DNA of 64,000 nt from Gammaproteobacteria bacterium (lineage in GTDB: Bacteria; Pseudomonadota; Gammaproteobacteria; Eutrophobiales; Eutrophobiaceae): assembly GCA_965222155.1 (NCBI GenBank), contig CBDCTH010000012.1:3328001-3392000 (forward strand). Direction: 5' to 3'. The translations under genes were made by a program, and so were the position numbers. This document shows positions 19,412 to 29,065 of the stretch, in pieces. The notes under the pieces were generated by a model. The model was given only the letters and a program-made list of their open reading frames with translations. It did not search any database and was not told the origin of the DNA. The first letter of the stretch is position 1. Each line of letters starts with the position of its first letter.

Positions 19412-21160
19412 ATGCGGGCTAGACAAGCATCAGAAGTTCGGGACGGAATGCTCATCGACTGGGATGTCATGATCGAAATGGATGATGGTCTGAAGCTGCG
19501 TGCGGATGTATTCCGTCCGGTCGAACAGGGACGCTACCCGGTGATCCTGAGCTACGGTCCCTATGCCAAGGGCCTGGCGTTCCAGGAAGGTTATCCCAGC
19601 GCCTGGCAGCGGATGGCGCAGGAGCATCCGGACGTTAGCGCAGGCTCAACAAACAAATATCAGAATTGGGAAGTCGTCGACCCGGAAAAGTGGGTGCCTG
19701 AGGATTATATCTGTGTTCGAGTGGACTCCCGCGGCTGTGGCTGTTCACCCGGCTACGTCGATCACTTTTCACCACGGGAGACCCAGGACTTTGTCGCGTG
19801 CATCGAATGGGCGGGTGAGCAATCCTGGAGCAACGGCAAAGTCGGTCTCAGCGGCGTGTCTTACTACGGTATTAATCAATGGCAAGTCGCCAGCAGACAA
19901 CCGCGTTACCTGGCAGCGATGTGTATCTGGGAGGGGGCTGCCGACTGGTATCGCGACATGACCCACCACGGTGGCATCTTGAGCACCTTCTGGGCCAACT
20001 GGTACGACATGCAGGTGAAAACCGTGCAATACGGCCTTGGTGAACGGGGTCCCAAAAGCCGAGTGACGGGCCAACTTGTGTGCGGCCCCGAGACCCTGAC
20101 TGATAAGGAGTTGGCTGGCAATCGTTGCGATTTCGGCGCTGATATTATTGCTCATCCCCTGGATGACGAATACCATCGCGCCCGTTCACCGGACTGGTCC
20201 AAGGTGACGGTACCGTTCCTGAGCGCAGGCAATTGGGGTGGCCAGGGCCTGCATCTGCGGGGAAATTTCGAGGGATTTGTGCGCGCCGCGTCGACTCATA
20301 AATGGCTGGAAGCTCACGGGCTTGAACACTGGACAGAATTTTATACGGACTATGGCGTGCAACTGCAAAAGCGCTTCTTCGGTTACTTTTTGAAGGGCGA
20401 GGATAATGGCTGGAAAACACAAGCGCCGGTTCACCTCAAAGTGCGGGGTATCGACGGCTTTGTTGAGCGTAGCGAGGACGACTGGCCAATCCCCAGAACA
20501 CAATGGACCAGGCTCTACCTGGCGGCCGGCGGGATGAGCCTGACTGTTACGCCGCCAGGTGATGGCGGCCGAATCAGCTTTGCTGCCCAGGGAGAGGGGA
20601 TCACTTTTTTTTCAGCGCCGCTGGAGGTTGACACCGAGATTACCGGGCCCTCCGCCGGTAAACTCAGGATATCCTCTTCGACCGCCGATGCGGACCTGTT
20701 CCTGGTACTGAGAGTGTTTGACCCGGGCGGCAGGGAAATCGTTTTTCAAGGCGCCATTGATCCCTGTACACCCATCGGCCAGGGTTGGCTGCGCGCATCT
20801 CAGCGCAAGCTGGATGAAACTCTATCTCAACCCTGGCGCCCTTATCACAGCCATGATGAGCGACAGCCACTGACGCCGGGTGTCCCCGTGGACCTGAATA
20901 TCGAAATCTGGCCTACCTCACTGGTGATCCCGGCAGGTTACCGCATCGCCCTGAGTGTAAGGGGCAAGGATTATGAGTGTCCCGATGCCAAGGGCGCGCG
21001 CCTGTCCAATTTCAAGAACGAGTTGCGTGGCTGCGGACCCTTCCTGCATGATGATTTACGGGACCGACCGCAGGAAATCTTCGCCGGGGAGACGACAATT
21101 CACATCGGGCCGGAGCAACCCGGCTACTTGCTGTTACCGGTTATACCAGCAAAAGATTAA
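19412..21160 (+). CDS. CocE/NonD family serine hydrolase
   Basis: VDSRG, WSNGKVG..GVSYYG nucleophile motif and GWLRAS. Confidence 0.9.
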   Translation: MRARQASEVRDGMLIDWDVMIEMDDGLKLRADVFRPVEQGRYPVILSYGPYAKGLAFQEGYPSAWQRMAQEHPDVSAGSTNKYQNWEVVDPEKWVPEDYICVRVDSRGCGCSPGYVDHFSPRETQDFVACIEWAGEQSWSNGKVGLSGVSYYGINQWQVASRQPRYLAAMCIWEGAADWYRDMTHHGGILSTFWANWYDMQVKTVQYGLGERGPKSRVTGQLVCGPETLTDKELAGNRCDFGADIIAHPLDDEYHRARSPDWSKVTVPFLSAGNWGGQGLHLRGNFEGFVRAASTHKWLEAHGLEHWTEFYTDYGVQLQKRFFGYFLKGEDNGWKTQAPVHLKVRGIDGFVERSEDDWPIPRTQWTRLYLAAGGMSLTVTPPGDGGRISFAAQGEGITFFSAPLEVDTEITGPSAGKLRISSSTADADLFLVLRVFDPGGREIVFQGAIDPCTPIGQGWLRASQRKLDETLSQPWRPYHSHDERQPLTPGVPVDLNIEIWPTSLVIPAGYRIALSVRGKDYECPDAKGARLSNFKNELRGCGPFLHDDLRDRPQEIFAGETTIHIGPEQPGYLLLPVIPAKD

Positions 21161-21178
21161 TGGGTACGCCCACGCCAC

Positions 21179-21241
21179 TCATGAAGCGGCGTCCGCGCTT
21201 ACCCAGTTAAACCGGCTGCGCATCCTCACGAAACGGTTTGC
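21179..21241 (-). repeat. Diverged duplicate of the amidohydrolase 3' end (direct repeat with 22268-22330)
   Basis: About 63 bp with 5 mismatches; includes the stop codon. Confidence 0.85.
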
Positions 21242-21396
21242 ATTGATCTTTCCCCTGAATCCAGTCCAAACCAATTGAGGAAAAATGGGTCATATCATGC
21301 TGTCAGTTGTGCGAACACAGCCAGCGGTGATCCGGTTCAGAGCGGGCCGGGAAATATGCTCTTGACAACATATGCTTTTTGGATCATATTTAAAGC

Positions 21397-21765
21397 ATGA
21401 ACTGGGAAGTCGGATTCGATCCGGCCTTCGATCCGGCCTTCGATGCCTTGCCCACCGCAGTGCAGGATGAGTTGCTCGCGCAAGCGAAGCTTCTTGAGAC
21501 ATTCGGACCGGCACTTGGCCGCCCAAGGGTGGACACCCTGAACGGATCGCGTCACGCCAACATGAAGGAGCTTCGCTTTCAGGCCGATGACGGGGTGTGG
21601 CGAATCGCTTTTGCCTTTGATCCCCAGCGGAAGGCCATCCTGCTCGTGGCTGGTGACAAATCGGGTGTAAACGAACGACGTTTTTACAGACAGCTGATCA
21701 AGAAAACGGACACCAGGTTCAATACACATCTCGACCGGCTGAAAGATGAAAGGAGGACAAGATGA
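21397..21765 (+). CDS. Type II toxin, RelE/HigB (Gp49-like) family
   Basis: GPALGRPRVDTLNGS..NMKELRF..WRIAFAFDP.R.AILL..GDK. Confidence 0.9.
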   Translation: MNWEVGFDPAFDPAFDALPTAVQDELLAQAKLLETFGPALGRPRVDTLNGSRHANMKELRFQADDGVWRIAFAFDPQRKAILLVAGDKSGVNERRFYRQLIKKTDTRFNTHLDRLKDERRTR

Positions 21766-22100
21766 AGACACTCACCGAAAGACTGGACAAACTGCCCCCG
21801 GCGCGCCGGAAGAAAGTGGAGGAGCGCGCCAAGGAATTGATCGCCGAAGAAATGTCTCTACGAGACCTGCGCAAGGCGCGTAAGCAGACGCAGATGCACG
21901 TTGCAAAGGAACTCGGGATCAACCAGGAGAATGTATCCCGTATAGAAAAGCGTAGCGATCTACTGATTTCCACACTCAGTGGCTACGTTGAGGCGATGGG
22001 AGGAAAACTGAGTCTCGTAGCGGAGTTTCCGGACAGACCGCCGGTGGCGCTCACTGGCATTGCCACGCTGGACGATGGGAAACCTACAGCTAAGATGTAG
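21762..22100 (+). CDS. XRE-family HTH antitoxin
   Basis: LRKARKQTQ..AKELGINQENVSRIEKR; ATGA overlap with the toxin. Confidence 0.9.
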   Translation: MKTLTERLDKLPPARRKKVEERAKELIAEEMSLRDLRKARKQTQMHVAKELGINQENVSRIEKRSDLLISTLSGYVEAMGGKLSLVAEFPDRPPVALTGIATLDDGKPTAKM

Positions 22101-22114
22101 CCCAGTTCAATCAT

Positions 22115-22210
22115 CAGGCGCTCTCGAACGTCGTGAACTGCCGCTCCCGCATCCCGGGTGAAATGGCTGTCCGACTGGCCAGGACCTTCGGTTCGACCAC
22201 GGAGATTTAT
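22115..22210 (+). pseudogene. HigA/VapI-like antitoxin remnant
   Basis: Hand translation QALSNVVNCRSRIPGEMAVRLARTFGSTTE; no start codon. Confidence 0.55.
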
Positions 22211-22267
22211 AAATCTGACTCGGAACGGACAAACAGCCCCCAAATCCCGGTTTGCGGGAACTGCTGA

Positions 22268-23722
22268 TCAGGAAGCGGCGTCCGCGCCTATCCAGTTAAA
22301 CCGGCTGCGCATCCTCACGAAGCGGTTAGCGTCACACTCATCCAGCAGTACCTGTTGCAAGGTATCCGAACGTTGCACGGCCTGATGCCGATCTACAGAG
22401 ACATGTTCACCATCGCGAACCACCGTCTGACCCTTGACCATTACCCTCCGAATCGAATCCGGGCTTGGTCCGTTGCCGAGGACGAGGTTGGGTATCAGGG
22501 CGGCCGGTGGGGACAACTGGGTTTCACCACGCCGGTCGATCAACAGAAGGTCCGCATCCTTACCCTGTTCCAGTGAACCAATATATTCGTCCATCATCAA
22601 CGCACGCGCGCCGCCAATAGTAGCAAGTTCAAGAGCCAGTTCAGCACTACCGTAAAGTATCTCGTCTCCTGTCCAGCGCGCCTTGGTGTCGGCTGTCAGC
22701 CGTCTGTGCTGGTCCCCCATACGCTGCGCCGTGAGGAAGGCGCGCATGGCAGCCCACAGATCGTGCCCGTAGGCCACGACTGGGCCGTCGACGCCAAGCC
22801 CACAGGTAGCGCCCGCATCCAGGTACTGGCGCGCATTAAACGTAACCAGGCCGAGTACCTGTTCCATATCCGGAACCAGGGCAATTGCCGCGCCGCGGTC
22901 ACGGATCAGTTCTGCCTCACCGGGTCGGAGGTTTTGCGCATGGGCAGCGATAACATTGGGACCGAGAATGCCCACGTCGTCAAGCCACTCAAATGACCCG
23001 CCTTCCCAGCCGCGCCGCTCTGCCAGGTATTTCTGGTCGAAAACGGCAGGGGCGTGGATGTCGAACTGACGATCGTGCTCATCGGTCCATTCCCACAGGG
23101 CTTTGAGTTGATCAGGTTCGCAGTAGGTAATACCGATGGTCGACGCGGTAACGGAGATTAATTCATCTTCCCATTCCGACTTGACGCGCTCAGTCTCAGC
23201 AAGACCGGTATCCAGGTCTTCCCGGAAACCATCCGGTACGGCATTGGCATCATTAATTGTAAGGCGCGCCATCCGACAACGCATACCGGTAGCGCGCACT
23301 GCAGCCAGGACACCATCGATTGAGCGTTTGTGCAGGTGGGTGAAATGGTCATCCGCGGTTGTCGTCACGCCGCGCCGAAGCAGGTCCAACAGCGGCGGCA
23401 TGGCAGCATCGTAGGAGCGCTGTTCATCACAGGCGCCTGTCATCGGATAATAAAACCCGAACAGACGTTCCTCGAAAGTGGTGCCTTCCGCCATGCCGCG
23501 GATACAGCCCTGGACGAGATGGGAATGGACATTGACCAGACCCGGCAGTACCAGGTAGCCATCGCCGCCAATCTCTTCATTCGCAGAAAAATCGCAGGTC
23601 TTCGATGGACCAACTGCGCTGATACGCCCTCCGTCAATGGCGACATAGCCATCCATATAGACATTCCGCGCCTCGTCCATGGTGATGATCATGCCTCGTA
23701 AGAGTTTGTCACAATGTGTCAT
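22268..23722 (-). CDS. Amidohydrolase family (MTA/SAH deaminase-like)
   Basis: PGLVNVHSH, GLGVDG and GSLEQGKDAD motifs. Confidence 0.9.
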   Translation of the reverse strand: MTHCDKLLRGMIITMDEARNVYMDGYVAIDGGRISAVGPSKTCDFSANEEIGGDGYLVLPGLVNVHSHLVQGCIRGMAEGTTFEERLFGFYYPMTGACDEQRSYDAAMPPLLDLLRRGVTTTADDHFTHLHKRSIDGVLAAVRATGMRCRMARLTINDANAVPDGFREDLDTGLAETERVKSEWEDELISVTASTIGITYCEPDQLKALWEWTDEHDRQFDIHAPAVFDQKYLAERRGWEGGSFEWLDDVGILGPNVIAAHAQNLRPGEAELIRDRGAAIALVPDMEQVLGLVTFNARQYLDAGATCGLGVDGPVVAYGHDLWAAMRAFLTAQRMGDQHRRLTADTKARWTGDEILYGSAELALELATIGGARALMMDEYIGSLEQGKDADLLLIDRRGETQLSPPAALIPNLVLGNGPSPDSIRRVMVKGQTVVRDGEHVSVDRHQAVQRSDTLQQVLLDECDANRFVRMRSRFNWIGADAAS

Positions 23723-23746
23723 TCGATTTTCCTCTTCATTGGAATT

Positions 23747-24694
23747 TCAGGGTTTATCGATTGTCCGGGCGACCCGAAAGCCGAAATTGTAGTAGCGCAT
23801 GTTTTTGCTGTCAGCCCCACCGAAGAAAAAGCCATAACGATTCGCTGAGCGTAAGAACCTTGGATCGTCGTGCCACGACGCGCCCCGCAAGATCGGGCGG
23901 GAGCAGTCGCCGGTCATCCATGCCGAACCATCAAGGGGAGCGCCGGTGTAAGAGTCGTTCCAGCAGTCCTCGACCCACTCTGCCACGTTACCCAGCATGT
24001 CGTGAAGGCCGAAAGCATTCGGCTGCAGCGATCCTGCGGGTGCGGTATAGGTGTGTCCATCCTGGCACAGAGCAACCTTCCAGCCGGGAAGGTCTGTCTC
24101 ACCAGTCAGATCAGCGCCATTGGCGTAGGTGCATCCATCATTTTCAGAGCTACCCCAATGCCTCTCACTCTGTGTGCCTGCGCGGGCCGCATATTCCCAT
24201 TCCGCTTCGCTCAGGAGCCGGTATCGCTCACCGGTCTTCTCGCTTAACCAAGCTGTATAGGCATGTGCATCATGCCAACTTACACAAACAACAGGATGAT
24301 CATCGGTTTGCGGGTATCCCGGGTTGCGCCAGCTGAGTGAACTGCTTTTTTCCGGCATCCTGCCCGTGCGCTGAAAACAACCATCTTCGCTCGTCATGCC
24401 GGTATCAATAATAAATTGTGCAAATTCACCCCGCGTAAGTTCGAACTTGCCGACGGCAAATGGCTTTGGAATGTGCACTTGATGTTGAGGTGCTTCATCA
24501 TTCTGTTGCTGTGTATCGTTTGCGCTTGCTCCCATCATAAATATGCCTGATGCAATGACCACCATTAATGGACATTGACTACAATCACGAAATTCTCTCC
24601 CCGGGGTAAGATTATCACTGGAACCGGCAAGCAATAAGGAAGATGAAAAGCCCAGAATGGAGAGAGTTGCAAATGTCAGAAATAGAGGTCTCAC
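23747..24694 (-). CDS. Formylglycine-generating enzyme (SUMF1) family protein
   Basis: PVVCVSW, RLLSEAEWEYAARAG, NAFGLHDMLGNVAEW and GFRVAR. Confidence 0.9.
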   Translation of the reverse strand: MRPLFLTFATLSILGFSSSLLLAGSSDNLTPGREFRDCSQCPLMVVIASGIFMMGASANDTQQQNDEAPQHQVHIPKPFAVGKFELTRGEFAQFIIDTGMTSEDGCFQRTGRMPEKSSSLSWRNPGYPQTDDHPVVCVSWHDAHAYTAWLSEKTGERYRLLSEAEWEYAARAGTQSERHWGSSENDGCTYANGADLTGETDLPGWKVALCQDGHTYTAPAGSLQPNAFGLHDMLGNVAEWVEDCWNDSYTGAPLDGSAWMTGDCSRPILRGASWHDDPRFLRSANRYGFFFGGADSKNMRYYNFGFRVARTIDKP

Positions 24695-24760
24695 GATGCG
24701 TATATGATTAACTCTTGTTTATCAAACGATAATTTTAATGCCAATTCTTTAATTGTAAAA

Positions 24761-25414
24761 CCCTAATCCCGCATTAGAAAGTGCGGGAATCAAAAAAGCC
24801 TTGTCTGTATGAAGTTATGAGATTAACGACTATCAGCCGATGGGTGCACAGACAAGGCTTATGCAAATCATACCGTACAGAATCGCAACTACCAACGATT
24901 GATTGACCGGGCGCGGTGGCCTAGTGTGTGTTGTCGAATGACTGCGGCAGATAGGGTTTTCGGCCTGGGTGGAGGAGCACTTTCCTGTGCCCGGCAGCAA
25001 TCGGGGTTACCGGCCCTCGGACGTAGTGTCCTTATGGATGCTGATGTTGCACGACGGGGCGCGTTGTCTGGAGGACGTTCGGCCTATCCGGCAAGACAAG
25101 GCATTGAGGAAGTTGTCAGGGTTGCGGCGGCTACCGAGAGCGGACCTGTTGGGGGACTGGTTGCGGCGCCTGGGCAAGGGCGAGGTTGGTATCAAGGCGT
25201 TGGTGGCAATGAACCGGCGGGGGGCGGGTCACCCATCCCTGTCTTATCGTCCTGACCACGTTAATCTGCCCGGTATGGTCCAAATCCAGCGTGAGCGCGC
25301 GATAACCTACCCTATACAAGGGTAAACCATGGCTCATTGCTATTGAGTAAGGCACTACAAATAGGCAGAATGCGCCTTGAATGACTGTTTCAAATCTCTA
25401 ACGCGGGATTTGGG
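24761..25414 (+). mobile_element. Internally deleted IS1380-family element with degenerate transposase
   Basis: Inverted ends ccctaatcccgcattaga / tctaacgcgggatttggg; remnant MQIIPYRIATTND..TGRGGL and GSNRGYRPSD..GARCLED..DWLRR. Confidence 0.75.
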
Positions 25415-25479
25415 ATCCTGGATGTTTTTGATAAGTTAAGGATAAAATAACACTTGCCAAAGAAAGAGGAGTATCGTCG

Positions 25480-26703
25480 ATGAAAATCGATCTGGAAATC
25501 TTGAAGAACGCGGTAGCCGGAACTGCTGCTGCATTTCGTTGTGTTACTGACTATCAACCAGCGGGGGGCGCAGGTGATAAAATATTTCCGCCGACTTACG
25601 CAGGTGGGAAATACGCAACCGAAGAACGCATCGACACTGAAACTGGAGAAGTTCGTAAATGCGTTCTACTGGATTCAGTACAATCGCAAGCTAACCGTAT
25701 GGAGTTGGCCTTGCTGGACGCGCAGCGCGCCGGCAAGGTGGACCTGCCATTGCTGCTGACTCGTTTCGACCAACCAGAGTTACCCAGAAAATTTACAGTC
25801 ACCAGCCTTGAAGCGCCTCACCGCATAGCCGACGCGTTATTTCGCGACAGTCTGCTGAATGGCACAATTTTTCGCAAGTCGGACAAAGGCAGACTGCTCG
25901 ACTCAGCAGATATACGCAATGCCACCGGGTTGTTCGGACTTTGCCCTACTGCTCTGGCGTTCGGGTTGTGGGATTCGGTAGGACCTCGCGGGCAGCTTGG
26001 GTGTAAATTTCAAAGGGCAATTGTATCGGAAATTGTGGGGTATGACGCGATCCCCGGAAAAAAAACGTCCAGCCGCCTTGACCCGGCTCAAATAATGCTT
26101 GACGCAGGCCCGCTATATGCACGGGAAGCAGCTGGAGATGATGCGCCGGATTGGACTCTGGATGACGGGTCTGCTGTAACTGAAAAATCCAAGCCTAAAA
26201 AAGTGGGTAAAAAAGGCAAAGGCAACCCATCAGACGTGCTTCATGGAAACATAGCACCAAGTGTTTCAGATGGCGGCTTCACCATATCCAAAGCAAAACA
26301 AACGACAACTTTATCTTTAGCTGTCCTGCGCCGTCTACGCTTCCCGCTCAACGGCGGCACAGACTCGGATCATGATAATATAAATCTGGCGGCACGCACT
26401 ACTTTAGCGGCTTTAGGTTTAGCCGCCGGCAGCCTGGCACGGGTCGATACAGACCTTCGTTCCCGGTGCCAGTTGTTTGCGGAGCATGAGCCGGTCTGGG
26501 TGCTGCTCGACCGTCCTGGAGAAATTGCCCAGGAATACGAGCTAGCCCCTGGTGACGCTCTCAATCTGCTCCAAGCGACAATTGCCGAAGCCAAATCTGT
26601 CGGCCTCCCCTGGGAGGATGAAATCGAGTTGACCCCGTCTCCTGATCTTGTTGAGTTAGTACGGCGCAGCCAGGAACTGGCAATCGCCCAGAGAACTGAC
26701 TAA
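25480..26703 (+). CDS. csb1: Type I-G CRISPR Cas7 (Csb1)
   Basis: KIFPPTY, LLDSVQSQANRME, APHRIADA, FGLWDS and LRSRC motifs; first gene of the cas operon. Confidence 0.92.
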   Translation: MKIDLEILKNAVAGTAAAFRCVTDYQPAGGAGDKIFPPTYAGGKYATEERIDTETGEVRKCVLLDSVQSQANRMELALLDAQRAGKVDLPLLLTRFDQPELPRKFTVTSLEAPHRIADALFRDSLLNGTIFRKSDKGRLLDSADIRNATGLFGLCPTALAFGLWDSVGPRGQLGCKFQRAIVSEIVGYDAIPGKKTSSRLDPAQIMLDAGPLYAREAAGDDAPDWTLDDGSAVTEKSKPKKVGKKGKGNPSDVLHGNIAPSVSDGGFTISKAKQTTTLSLAVLRRLRFPLNGGTDSDHDNINLAARTTLAALGLAAGSLARVDTDLRSRCQLFAEHEPVWVLLDRPGEIAQEYELAPGDALNLLQATIAEAKSVGLPWEDEIELTPSPDLVELVRRSQELAIAQRTD

Positions 26704-26708
26704 ATCCG

Positions 26709-29048
26709 ATGTTTGCCCTTGGCATCAACTACCTGAACGGGTGGTCGATGGCCGCTGCCGACGGCGCCGGAAAAGAACAGGCTGAATGGCCGCCCCATCC
26801 GGACCGGGTTTTCATGGCGTTGGCTGCTGCCTGGTTCGAAACGGACGAAGATCCTGTAGAAGCTGAAGCGTTACGCTGGCTTGAAACTCTACCTCCTCCC
26901 GCCATTGCCGCTTCAGGTGCGACCTACCGCAGCAGTTTTACCAGTTTTGTGCCGGTGAACGATGCCAGTCTCAGAAAGATACCCAATAGCAGAGAACTGA
27001 AAAAACTCAAGGCTGCCGGGCTCGCCCTGTTGCCAGAGTATCGCTCACGTCAGCCGCGCGGTTTCCCGGTTGCCATTCCCCATGACCCGACGGTGTACCT
27101 GATCTGGTCAGAAGCAGAATTGGGCATACATCGTCCGGCAATGAAAAAGCTGGCATTCAAGCTTACCCACATAGGACATTCTGCTTCTTTTGTGCAGGCT
27201 TGGTTAGAGGAAGATAGCAATGTTACCCAACACTGGGTACCTACAGATGGTATTGCCGACCACAGATTGCGAGTTCCTTCCACAGGCAGACTGAATCAAC
27301 TTGCCCAGGCTTGCAATCAAAACGAATGGTTCGCTTATCATGATCTGCGCAATGAAATAGAACGGGCAGAAGCAGACCACAAGGCCATGAAGCATCCACC
27401 TAGGGTACCTTGGGGAGATTTTCCGGACGCAGTATTATTGGTCGGCGAATCTGAGACCAAACAGCATACGGAATATCACAATGCCAAAACAGGCAATGCC
27501 GTTGCAGCCGGTAATCTTGTTAGCGATCTGGTTGACGATGGGGGAATTGCATCAGTCAAGACGCTGATTTCAGAATTCTGTGATAGCGGAAAGCTCACTC
27601 TGGTGAGCGCACACGCCCGGGAACGAGAAGGCATCAATGCAATTCCAATCGCTTTGGCAAGATTGCTCAGCGAGAGACTCGAAATAGAATATGAATCTAC
27701 CGTCGTACAGACAAATGTGGTATCTCACACAGGCGCAGATGGCTATGGACGTCTTGCCCGTCAGGCTCACTTTACTGGCAAACTCGATAGAGGAAACGAA
27801 TACATCATGGTAGATGACTTCATCGGTCAAGGCGGAACAGTGGCAAACCTGCGTGGCTGGATTGAGCAACAAGGCGGTAAGGTCATCGGCGCTGTAGCGC
27901 TGACCGGTAAGCCTTATTCTGCTAAACTAAGCCCCACACAGGAGCAATTAAATGAACTCAGACAACAACACGGCACGGATTTTGAAAAATGGTGGCGGGA
28001 ACACTTCGGCCACACCTTCTCTTGCCTTACTCAATCAGAGGCTCGGTACCTCACTCGCTCCCCGGACTTTGACACCATACGAAATCGACTTGCTGCAGCA
28101 AAGCAAAAAGGAGATAGCACAAGTGGTGTACGAAGTCCTCGCGAACAAGAAAAATACAAATCGGAACTGAAAACGCGTCTGCAAACCCGGTTCCCTGATG
28201 GGCAGCCTGTAACCCTGCGTCCGGGACCAGGTCGCTGGCAAGGGTACAGCAGACACCTGGAAGTTCCATTATCCACAGAAGCGCCCGGTTCGGTCTTTGA
28301 CCCCCGCTTTATCGTTCTCTGCATAAAAGGAAAACGCGTATCCTTGCCGACAACCCTTAAACTTACCGCGGCCCTGCGCGGTCTGCTGATGACCTGTTCT
28401 TCAAGCCAACCTCCACCGGAATGGTTTAGCGGCCACCGCTCGGATGGGACGCCGTCCACAGCGCCGCATATTGCATTGGTTCCTCTCCCTTTTGTTGGCG
28501 CCGAACATGCAGATGGGCGGATTATGGGTTTGGGTCTGATCCTGCCTGCAAAACTGGACCCGCATGATGCCAAAAACTGCCTTGAGACCTTCCTGCACGA
28601 TCCTGCTACGGGACTGCCGCATCAGCACACGCTCTTTGACGGTCAATGGTTCGAGAGCATATTGGAACTGGAAACGCGTGAACGTCCACCGAAAAATCTT
28701 ATCCCGCACACGTGGACCAAGCCGTCACGTGTCTGGGCCAGTGTAACACCGGTGGTTTTGAACAGGCATTTTAGCGGAGAGGACAAATTTCAAAGGGCCA
28801 CAGAAAGTGTAAAAGACGCTTGCGAACATATAGGATTGCCACAGCCTCGTGAAGTATTGCTGTCTCCCGTTTCTATGGTTGAAGGCGTCCCTCCTGCCCG
28901 GAACTATCCAAAGCTGATCCGTAAAAAAGATAACGGAAAACAAAGCCACAACCATGCAATCATCGTCTTTGACGAACCTGTGAACGGGCCGGTACTCATC
29001 GGCGCTGGCCGTTTCAGAGGATACGGACTGTGCCGTCCTCTGGATTAG
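26709..29048 (+). CDS. csb2: Type I-G Csb2 (Cas5-Cas6) with internal phosphoribosyltransferase domain
   Basis: EWPPHPDRVFMALAA N-terminus; WASVTP and GPVLIGAGRFRGYGLCRP C-terminus; insert at aa ~227-465 contains VDDFIGQGGT. Confidence 0.9.
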   Translation: MFALGINYLNGWSMAAADGAGKEQAEWPPHPDRVFMALAAAWFETDEDPVEAEALRWLETLPPPAIAASGATYRSSFTSFVPVNDASLRKIPNSRELKKLKAAGLALLPEYRSRQPRGFPVAIPHDPTVYLIWSEAELGIHRPAMKKLAFKLTHIGHSASFVQAWLEEDSNVTQHWVPTDGIADHRLRVPSTGRLNQLAQACNQNEWFAYHDLRNEIERAEADHKAMKHPPRVPWGDFPDAVLLVGESETKQHTEYHNAKTGNAVAAGNLVSDLVDDGGIASVKTLISEFCDSGKLTLVSAHAREREGINAIPIALARLLSERLEIEYESTVVQTNVVSHTGADGYGRLARQAHFTGKLDRGNEYIMVDDFIGQGGTVANLRGWIEQQGGKVIGAVALTGKPYSAKLSPTQEQLNELRQQHGTDFEKWWREHFGHTFSCLTQSEARYLTRSPDFDTIRNRLAAAKQKGDSTSGVRSPREQEKYKSELKTRLQTRFPDGQPVTLRPGPGRWQGYSRHLEVPLSTEAPGSVFDPRFIVLCIKGKRVSLPTTLKLTAALRGLLMTCSSSQPPPEWFSGHRSDGTPSTAPHIALVPLPFVGAEHADGRIMGLGLILPAKLDPHDAKNCLETFLHDPATGLPHQHTLFDGQWFESILELETRERPPKNLIPHTWTKPSRVWASVTPVVLNRHFSGEDKFQRATESVKDACEHIGLPQPREVLLSPVSMVEGVPPARNYPKLIRKKDNGKQSHNHAIIVFDEPVNGPVLIGAGRFRGYGLCRPLD
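27952..28170 (+). other. Overlapping +1-frame small ORF at the 3' end of the PRTase insert
   Basis: 72-aa ORF ending in an amphipathic LTPYEIDLLQQSKKEIAQVVYEVL helix; expression unknown. Confidence 0.3.
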
Positions 29049-29065
29049 ACCGAAAAGAAAGCCTG

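Noticed and set aside
21415-21446. 12-bp tandem repeat (FDPAFDPAFD) in the toxin
   Set aside because: Short and in frame; no evidence of functional significance
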